A DNA stretch of 45,005 nt from Asterionella formosa (lineage: Eukaryota): positions 1-45,005 of the forward strand of contig NKIB01014316.1 of the NCBI GenBank assembly GCA_002256025.1, written 5' to 3'. The position numbers were made by a program, and so were the translations under genes. The stretch's first letter is position 1. Every line of letters starts with the position of its first letter. Below, piece by piece: positions 35,234-45,005 of the stretch. The notes beneath the pieces are model-generated. The model was not told where the DNA came from and searched no databases. It worked only from the letters and a program-made list of their open reading frames with translations.

Positions 35234-38200
35234 TCAAGGCAGCACGCGAATATTCAGCATTGCTTGATCTGTGGTAAGCAGGCCACATCTGATCAAAATA
35301 TTTCTCGTGCTCCCTAACGAACTTAATTCGTGGTCTTTGGATGCCAACCAACTGTTCCACCCTTCACTCTTTTCAAAGACACCTAGGAGATCAGAGAAGC
35401 GACTCTTCAATCTTGCTGTCTTGTCACGGTTTTGTAATTCAGATTGAACAAGCAAGAGCTTGAGGTACGTTCCTAGAAGTTCTTTCATTCCCATTGCAAG
35501 TCCGCAAGGGAAAAGGACTTCTCGTGGAATCGACAGCAAAGTATCAATAACGCCTACCCAAAGTGGATCAGTAAACATGTATCCCCAGTGTTGCACAGCT
35601 ACCTTCACTTTTCTTTCGTAAAGGATAGCCTCAACGGGACCATTCACGTTTTCACCCCATACCCGCGATCTGCCAATCCTGTTCTTAGAGCCTTCACAGA
35701 GTCCGTCGTCTTCGAGCACTTGCTTCATTGCCCGAATGTTGCGGAGAACAAGAAGGGGATGACACTTTGCTAGATCGATTATGCCTTGCACTAGCCGTTG
35801 ACTTGGTGAAACTCTCATAGTCTGAACCATGTCCCCGATCTGAGCATCAAAGGGTGACCGCCAGCCAAGCCAATCGCTTTGTTTGCAGCCTTCGACCAGA
35901 ATGTTCCTAAGAACTACGTTGCCAAGATTCATCAAGGTGGGGAAGAGGCAATAAAGGCGAAGAACGGATGATTTTAGATGCGTGTTGTCAGGATGATTGC
36001 CAATCTCATCAAGCAAAGCAGAAATAATTTCACTCATCCTCTTGTTACTCTTTTGGCCAGCTTCAACCAGCAACAGAAGCCAAGCTGGAACAGCATTACG
36101 ATTATTGATTGACTCTGAAGGGTCAGAGTGGGCGCACTCCAATGATAACGATGTAGCTGCATTGACGTTTTGGTCAACAAGACTTTCTGCGAAATGCACG
36201 CTACCTCCGAATGTATCAATCCTGAAGATCTGGAGTGTATATGTCATTACGATGAAGTTCACCAGTCCATGCAAGTCTATATTTCTTCGGTCCTCTTTGG
36301 GTAATTGAAACGCCCACAGGACGCATGCACGAATATCGCTCTCACACCACGAAGACGCACACCGAGATATCAGCTCATCGCCAATGCTTCCCTTCCACTC
36401 CAAATTGAAAATTGCTTGCCATGGTTTCCTAGGCGACTGCGAAACAAGTCTAGGCATCCAATTCAGAATCACTTTATTGAGATCATTACGGGCGTCGGCT
36501 CCGAGTTCGACTAGCTTGTCAATAACGATGCCAGCATGCAAGAACGTTGTCCGTGATGACAAAGTCATAGCAATCCATGTTTCAAGTTTCTCGACGTCAA
36601 TAACTTCAATGCAATCTCTGATGAAGCCCAAGATCCTTCCTGCATTATCAGCCGAAGGGTACTCATTAACATACACTTTTCGTGCATTGAAGATAGTCAG
36701 TGCTGACGTGACTTCGCGTTCCTCGAATTCAATGCCTTCCATCGTCTCATCTCTTGATAATCCAGAAAGGATCGATCCCATAGATGCCACAGAGGAGAAT
36801 ACGCTTGGCATAGGAGATTGATTACCCGTTTTCGGCTTCCGTTGACTCCTTTTCTTTGGTTTTTCTGGGGCTTGGTAGGTACATGTCTCTGTTAGCCATA
36901 CAAGGAAAGTCTGCGAGATGCCATCGAGGGCTAAATTATTATCATGTTTCAGGTAAGCAGACAGGCGACCAATCAGCTTTCTTGCGAGTTCTTTTCTGCC
37001 TCCAATGTGTGAAATACTCCAATCACTAGTTGCAGATGGCATCATGAGGTCCTTGTAAACCTTATTCGCGTCGTCAGAATTTACGCCTAGCAGTCCAAGT
37101 CGATCAATCATGGTTATCAAAGACGAGTGAGGCAAACCCGAGCAAAGCAATAGACGAGGCAAGAACTTTGTTGGAGCCGAGAGTGCCGCTCGTCTTGCAA
37201 TGAAATCAGTCTTTGATTTCGCTAACAAGACCCACTGGTCCACATCTACAGCTGGTTTCCCGCTTCCAATTAACACAGCACTCATAGCACCTTCGTCCTC
37301 AGTATCATGAGTGATCAGTTCCTGATGTGCCTCGTAAGGGTACATCATGATATTTGCAAGCTCACAGATCAATGCCTTCGACGAGGAGTCTGCCTCTAGA
37401 TCAGTTGCTTTCCATGTACTAAGCAAAACGCAAGTTGATTGAAGCAGAGAAAGAGGAAGGATCACTTTTTTGGGTATTCTATCTGCTGTGTTGCTTTCTA
37501 CGTTGCATGGTGTGAAGCCCACTAGGAGATCATTCTCAGAAATACCGTCACTTCCCCTGTTTCTCGAAAGATAACCCTTGAACTCCGCATGGATCACCTT
37601 AATTGACATGGATTTTACATCTCCAAATCTATCCATGGCATCAGAAAAGACTGCAATCCGCTTGGAGATGAGACCACATAGAATAGAAGGGAAATCCCAT
37701 GCGCCTTCCACGCGATGATCCGTTGCGAAACGAATGAAGCGATCCAATGAAAGCAATTCAGCACGCAGCACCCGTCCACTTTCGTACTTCAGTGCCTGCG
37801 AAATGTAACGAATTGCTGCAGCAACCATGAAAGTGGCATGTTCAAGTAGCAACAGACCGTGCAGCCATGTGCATCTTGCAGCATTAAACGAACTGTCAGT
37901 TACTGTTGCATTTTGCCTCGAAAGTGCTTCCTGGAGCACCTTCCGTGCGCACCGTCTCCGCTCAGGTTTTTTGTCAGCAACATCAGCAACAAGTAGATCA
38001 ATGGCGGCAACCGCGTCTACCTGACCGTTTTCTCCACTGACAGTTTTTGTCACGTGATCAAGAAGAGGCGCTGAAAGTTGCCGAAGTTCAGCATTACCTT
38101 CCCCTTCACTTTCATATGCTCGAAGCAAAAGGAAACAAGATGCGCTTGCTGGAAGACGACCAATGATCGAAGGCAGCATAGAAACTACCGGGATAAGCCA

Positions 38201-41200
38201 ATCATATGCTCTTTCAATAGCTCCGCGTGTTGTACTTCCGATTGCCACAAGAACGAAGTCTGGTTCCACACTTCTTTGGAACACATTTGCAAGGTTGAAG
38301 AGCTCCTCAACAGAAAGGATGAGGTTCATGCACTCTTTCGGTGGCTTGCGAGCCGTCTCATTTGGGTTCCAGATCATGACTGATTTTTGAGCGGTTTTTA
38401 GCATCTTCTTTCTCCTTTGTGTCGCAGCTAAGGCGTCCGAAGCTTCCTTCTCTCTTGTCTGTCGCTCTATCCTCTCTAGGCGTGACCTGTTTCTAGCGGA
38501 TGTTCTCGACCCGAACGCTACGGGTAACTTTCCGTTCTGAGTTTTTTCCTTTTCCTTTGGTTTGGGAGGAAGAAACAGCATTTCAGCAATTCGCGATTCC
38601 TTGTCGCGAAGAATGGCTTCACCCTCCTTCATTGCTTCCCTCGTGGATTCATTGCAGTCCACAGTTGGAAAGCGGTACCTTCCAGAAACAACCATCTTTA
38701 CAAGGGCCCGAATGGTAGGATGCTCGCGACAAAGAACATCCCCAATCGTCTCAGGAGCTCCTCCGCACATGATCAAACCAATAGCAGTAACGCGCCACCA
38801 TTGCCCGGGATATGCAAGTCGTGGCACCTCGCGGTTCGTGAAACATCTATTCGACTTTATTCCATTTCCTCCTTCGCAGCTTTCATCTGCATCTGAATCA
38901 TCGTCTTTTTTAGGGAGGAGGCGAACAGATGGGGTAAATTCTACCAGCTTGTACATTTCCCAGATTATGCTGGGGTCGGCAATTCTCATCGCTGCTTTTC
39001 GATCGCTTCGGCAGCACTCGAAGAGGTGCTCAAGAACGGTCAGTGCTAATGTATGATCAAGGGTTCGGTCAGGATCAGTTGAGGATTGTAGAACAATCCA
39101 AAGCATTTCATCGTCGAGGTCGGCTCCAAAGTCATAACACTGTCGTATTCGATACTGCTCTTCGTTCCATAGAGGGTCGCCGGTTTGAGGGACACCATTG
39201 GGGTACAAGAAAGTCATCATTTCTCTTGAATCGGGATCTACCATGAACAAAACACATTGGATGACTGAGGGACATGTTGCTTCCTTGCTACGCTCAACCT
39301 GACCATCCAAGATGCTGCTAAAGTCAGGAATACCAGCCCCAGCAGGAGTCTCCCCTCGTTTTGATTTCAACGTGCGTTTAATGATCATTTCGTGGATATT
39401 AGCAGTATTATTCTGTTCGGCTTGGATCAATGGAGCGTAATCGGAACAACACCAATTGATCAAGAATTTTCGAGCGATTCTAAGCTTCTTCTTGAGCTCG
39501 GTAATTTCTTCAGATAAAATACCATCGACTTGTTGCTGCAAAGTAAATTTACGCATATTCTTACCTCGAAGCGGACCTGAGTCATCTCTATCCTTGAAAG
39601 GCGCCGGAACCAAAAGACTCACACATTCTAGCATGATACGTCCCTTGTCTTCTTCATCCTCAGCGCACCATGATTGAACTCCAACATCAAACGACAAGAG
39701 CGACTCTATTAATCGACAGCCATCAAATTTTGCACCAAAGATTGTTGCCACTCGCCGAATCAAGATCTTTATCTTGCGTATGAATTTGTTCCGTTCTTTG
39801 CGACCAATTTTATTTGTGTGAAAATTCTCATCGGCTATCATGGTCAATATGGCAGCGGCGAGTCCATCGCATGATAGCGAAGCCTCCAGAGCCGAGTTGA
39901 CAGCGCCAATCATCTGCAGGTGTTCAGATTGCGCTTGAGTAGGATCACGTTCAATATGGGCCAACTCTTCCTTGAGCAGTTTTAGATAAATGTGCCGACA
40001 GACAGCTCCAGTAGGTATCTTCTTGGCAATAATAGTTACATTTTCAATGTGCATGTTCAACTGATTGGATTTTAGTTGCATACTCAAAATTGCATCGATT
40101 ACCTCCATGTCTTCATTTAGCGGAGGATCCGAGTGCTTCATGTGATTAACCGTTGATGCAAATAGATTTCGGGCAGGACCAGACAGAGCTGGGGATTGGA
40201 GCCATTGGCCTAGCTGTCCGGCTGTCTGTGCTCTGATTGCGGGAATGGAAGTAAACGAAGGGAGAGCCTTTAACAAGTTAGAATTTTGTTTGGATTTAAT
40301 CTCTAGTCGCTCTTCCAGTGCCTTTGAGATTCCTTCGTATGCCCTTTGTAAATTGACCCCAACGTATCGATGTCTTATTCTTTCCAAATTGACTGTCGCT
40401 GGCATTACAGGATATGATATTGTTGCAGCAACATGAGCTTCAGGCATGTATCCAATTGGTGTGCTTCCATTATGGGTGCTCTTCCCTACGCCTTCTTCCT
40501 CGATCTCCTCCTCCCCTGAAGACGACGATTCCCCTGCCTCCGAAGCATTCATTTTTGCTGCCGCTGAAACGATGTCATCATCTTCTGAACCCGAATCTGA
40601 CTCATCAATTACAGAAAATTCCGCCGAGTCCATGGATGACGATCTATAAATTGCTTGGTATGGATCAGCAGAATCCATGGACATACCTCGGTTTCGCACA
40701 TACGAGTTGGGAAGAAGGGCCGTCGTGTGAGTTTCAGTCAAGTCAGGAATTTGGTCCATCAAGGTATCGTAGAAATGAGCAACTTGAGCAGCGTCAGCTA
40801 ACGCTTGATCGTCGGCCACATATTCCTCCACTCCTTCATGGCAGAGTTTGAGGTTCTGTACCAATATAGAGCACCGTGTATCGTCAACCCATGTTCTTTG
40901 CCCAAACGAATCTTCAGCATAGGCGTGTACCAGTGGAGCAGGCCAATGATCTAAATGGATAAATGCAGCAGTTAATATACTGGCAGCAAGCACTCGTATC
41001 GGAATTTCTGGGAAATGTGATGATACCGCAGCCTTAATCATGGGCGACTGTTGTAACTTGATGGTCTTGGATTCCTGGTCGGAAATGGATAGACACCTTT
41101 TTCTGCCAGACAGAGTATTGTTTCCGAACCCTCTGCCCGTTGTCGGAAGCGACGATCGGTGAGAATTCATTCGGCCTCCTAGACCCGAGTTAATACCTTG

Positions 41201-41739
41201 ACCTGCACTAGTCCGTCGATGTATTTGACTGCCGGTAGTTTGTTTCGCTTCTTGTTCGTCGATTGGTGGATTCTTGAGGCAACTTAGGAGCGCGTGAAAA
41301 AGCTTGGGGTCTTGATTGACGGCGGTTATGGCTGGAATCTTATTGGCATCGGGGGGGGATTGGGATTTTCTGTAGAAATTCGAGTTTAAACATTGAGGAG
41401 AGGCAGCATTAGAACGATAAGATCAGAATTATTAATAGTGATGGAAGATTTTAATTCCACATTTTATTTCATTTTAGAAAATGTGAGATGCTCCGACAGA
41501 TGGAAGAACGCTAATATATGTAGTCCAACGCGTCATAAGCTCTATTAAAAATTCCCACTATAGTAGTCGTATTCAACTTACGCTGCCAATCTTAATGTTG
41601 CCTGATCGACCTTCAGATGGCACAATAAAGCCAGTGACGCGAGATAGAGGTCGTACAGCTCGGTTAGGGGCGTTTTGTTAGAAGGATGGGATATTCGTTT
41701 GACCTTTGCGATGCATTCTGCGATCGGTGGGACCGTCAT
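35234..41739 (-). CDS. INTS1: Integrator complex subunit 1; predicted join(41739..41582,41369..35234), ~2097 aa
   Basis: WPAPLVHAYAEDSFGQRTWVDD, WLQSP, HPTIRALVKMV and HPLLVLR match INTS1 blocks. The frame is open upstream of ATG 41170. A GTAAGT donor at 41581 and ctacAG acceptor ending at 41370 are phase-compatible. Confidence 0.85.
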
Positions 41740-42111
41740 GGTCAATGATATGGAATCCTTGCTGGAGAACTGATACAGGCTAGTTCGTTTTGTATGGACG
41801 TTCACGTGACAGCTCCGGGTTTCTATTGTTGGCACACGGCCCTCCCTTGCTTTTTCCACAATTCGTGTCGAAGGCACCAAACGCGTCTTGAAAACAAACA
41901 AGACCTAACAAATTCCGAACCGAAAACCGACGGCCTTATTATTGTCTTCTGTGTTCGCCCTTACAACCCATATTCCTGTTACCTGCAGTAAACACTGCAG
42001 GCGGAATAGTACTTGAGTGAATCTCGATCGCACAAACATCAGATCGGCTATAGCGATTACTGAATCGTTCAAGACTCGTCGCAGCCTTGCCTAGCTCCTC
42101 TGACTTGCAAA

Positions 42112-43281
42112 ATGGAAGATCGCATAAGGCAAATAGTCGTTGACCATCGCCTTCAGCATGGATTATGTCATCAATGCGGCAGTTGTATCTTTTCCAGGAA
42201 CGAAGACGGTGCTTATGTTGTGCCGCAAACCATACCTAACATCGTCGAAAATGGGCGCTGTGTGTTTTGTTATCCGAATCCAACCGCTGTAGCAAATACA
42301 AACTCAACCACACAATCTCCTTCAAGTTTACCATTTGTCACTAGCCTTGCAAGCCACGCAAGAAATAGCCCCAATCCTCTTGAAATTAACCATACCACGA
42401 GTGTTGCTATCAAATTGGAATCAGATATTGCCACGGACTCAACGGAAACGAACGAATCCCCACCCGAAATGTCACAAAATCGCAAACGCAAAACACCCGA
42501 GGACGCCGACGAGGAGGCCAAGAAGCCACCCGCGAAGATTACCAAAGAAACCATTACTGTCACTGATGCAGATGATTTACAGTTCACGGGCACAGTGACG
42601 GAAGGCACGGCCCAACAAGGCACCGGCACCTTTACACATATACACACCAAGGGTGAGCACAAGGGGAAGTCCATCGTTTACAAGGGTGGCTTTATGAACG
42701 GAAAGTTCCATGGTGAAGGGATAAGCCAGGACTTTGCAACTGGTTGCACCTTTGAAGGGACATTCGATTGCGGGGCGGCCCATGGGTTTGGCACCTGTAA
42801 GTGGGCCCAAGGGTGGGAATATGAGGGAGAGTGGTTTGTCGACAAGAGACATGGGCGAGGTATTTGTCGGCAGTTGGCTGATGGAGGTGAATCTTATGAA
42901 GGTGAATGGAAGAATGATCAATGGGATGGAGAAGGGTGTTTGAAGTTTGCCGGTGGCGGACAGTATGATGGTGATTTCAAACACGACAAGTTGCACGGGA
43001 AAGGCAAGTATCAGTTTGCGGATGGGTCTTTGTATGAGGGTTTTTTCAAGGAAGACCTCAGAGAAGGTCATGGTAGTATGATTTACGCAGATCAACATAG
43101 ATACGTCGGGGAATGGAAGAACAACTGGAGAAGTGGAAAAGGAACTCTTTTTCATAGCGATGGGTCCATCTTTAAAGGACGTTATCGAAGTGATGAAAAG
43201 GATGGCATCGGTTATCTTCACTTGCCAGATGGCATCGTGCGAAAAGAGCGATGGGCCAATGGTGTCTTACAAAAGAACTAG
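42112..43281 (+). CDS. MORN-repeat protein (389 aa) with N-terminal Cys-pair module and NLS-like linker
   Basis: About 8 MORN repeats. N-terminal CHQC...CVFC and a RKRK...KKP linker. Confidence 0.92.
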   Translation: MEDRIRQIVVDHRLQHGLCHQCGSCIFSRNEDGAYVVPQTIPNIVENGRCVFCYPNPTAVANTNSTTQSPSSLPFVTSLASHARNSPNPLEINHTTSVAIKLESDIATDSTETNESPPEMSQNRKRKTPEDADEEAKKPPAKITKETITVTDADDLQFTGTVTEGTAQQGTGTFTHIHTKGEHKGKSIVYKGGFMNGKFHGEGISQDFATGCTFEGTFDCGAAHGFGTCKWAQGWEYEGEWFVDKRHGRGICRQLADGGESYEGEWKNDQWDGEGCLKFAGGGQYDGDFKHDKLHGKGKYQFADGSLYEGFFKEDLREGHGSMIYADQHRYVGEWKNNWRSGKGTLFHSDGSIFKGRYRSDEKDGIGYLHLPDGIVRKERWANGVLQKN

Positions 43282-45005
43282 CCAATAGAGGCTCAAGGAC
43301 TCTAGCTTCTGTATTGCAACTTCAAACAAAATATTGACGACGCTACCAGTACTGCGAATAGCTTGTAAAAAGTGTCTGGTTGTTTCTTGACATGTATAGC
43401 TTTGTATTAAATTGTAGACTTGGCTCCGGAGTACCGATATCAGCCTCAGCACAAGCATCCTCATCCTTTTTTCCCACTGACTACTACCAGCTCCGCCCCA
43501 TTGTTGTTGTAGTAATTGCAATGTTATTTATTATGTGATGACTGTCACTATTGGCTCTATTACAAGTCTACATGAAGAGTAAGGTTTCTGTTTGGAGTTA
43601 GCCATCATAATCTAGCAAAACCACCAGCAACTTCTTTCTGTCGGCAATGATTGGAGTTGTCTAATCAATCAGTTACCCAATATGTGGTAGATAAGCCTAT
43701 TGACCAATAATGCCATAAACCAGAAAGTTTCGCTCTTGGTCGATGTGTGACCCATGCAACACATCAATATGCGCGATTTTCCTAGGTTGACGATGCAGTA
43801 GTGTGCCAGTATTAAGTGCTCAATATATACATAAATATACTCGGTCAGTACATCAAGTCTAGGAGAGATGTGCGACTTGTTCCTTTGGCATTTTTACCAC
43901 TGTCTGATATCGGAAATCGGTTGCATTACTACTATCCTATATAATAATATACCGGTAATACAGTGTTAAAGTGAGCTCATCTACCGGTACGTAGTTAGCA
44001 CTCGGAGTCAAACGAGTCAACCGATTCGAATGAGTCAACTTTGATGTACCAAGCTCTCATCAACCACACATTATACCTTGTTACTCCGACTATAATGAGC
44101 CGAACAATATAAGCTATTGCGGAAGACCGATAGTTTGAAATGAATGATCATGGTTAAAAACCTATGATCAGTAAGTGTGAGATAGACATGGGTCTATCTA
44201 TGATTGTATGTTCCTAGAAATGCAAACAGCATTTGGAGAATAGTTCGTTTGTTTTGTTCAAACAGAACAACCTAAACTAGATTAGTAAACTCACAATAAG
44301 AATATAGAAACGGAAAGAGAAACGAACGTCTCTATCTATAGTCTTCTTTGTCTAACGATATAGATCTATACAAAAAGGTAATACTTTAACATACAGCAGA
44401 GAGAAAATCCAACCAGTTTGAGGAGGGGGAGCGAAAGACTCCCCCCGCACGAAGATACCAATTTTTTACCATCTGACGATCTGTGATTCTATACAAGTAT
44501 GGGTACCACTTAAAAACTGTAAGCCACCGCTACGGCGACTTTTGAACTGTAAGCCACCGCTAAACGGAGTAAACGCACGGTTTGAACTTAGTTTACAAGA
44601 TACGCTATTTATTGTCACGAACGAGTTGTTCAGATTTATATAGCGAGTAAATACTTCCGTACTTGTATTGTTGCATTGTGTACATTGTTAATTAGGTATT
44701 ATCGCCCAAAGGTTGCTGTCGACGTGAAATTGCGAAAATTGGATATTTTCACGTTTACTCGATTGAGCAAGCATCACCTTTTATATACGTATTCAGGTAT
44801 GAGAATATTCCTCCGCTAGAAAACTAATTTAGTATCCTCTAAAATTTATTTAATATGACTACGACGGCATTGCGCTTTCGCTCGTGCGCCATAATAAAGA
44901 GATAATTTCATTAATGGAAAACGTCAAATAGGAATTCCTGGTGCGCCCGAATTATGAGTACAAAAATTAAATGCAAACACACAACAATCACCCATCACCC
45001 ATCAC

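Overview
Eukaryotic nuclear DNA, most likely from a diatom or other stramenopile. This rests on compact, mostly intronless genes, a Pro/Thr-repeat LRR gene and stramenopile-type transposon relics. Gene-dense blocks at about 11.5-26.3 kb and 35.2-43.3 kb encode two MORN-repeat proteins, a CLC-family channel, an RPAP2 C-terminal-like protein, a Methyltransf_16 enzyme, a dual-specificity phosphatase, complex I subunit NUXM, RagA/Gtr1, an AlkA-type glycosylase and Integrator subunit 1 (for which a missing first exon can be reconstructed). AT-rich, decayed regions at about 1-11.5 kb and 26.3-35.2 kb hold a degenerate Ty3/Gypsy LTR element, a Crypton-like relic and tandem arrays; a PIF/Harbinger relic sits at about 14.5-15.5 kb. 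The most notable observations are: (i) two tRNA-headed, TSD-flanked SINE-like elements with related heads; (ii) a highly iterated intergenic palindrome, TACCGGTA/GGTACCWGG, whose arrays also flank the LTR element; and (iii) a 115-bp tandem array carrying box C/D-like motifs. All family assignments come from motif recognition by eye; no database search was run.
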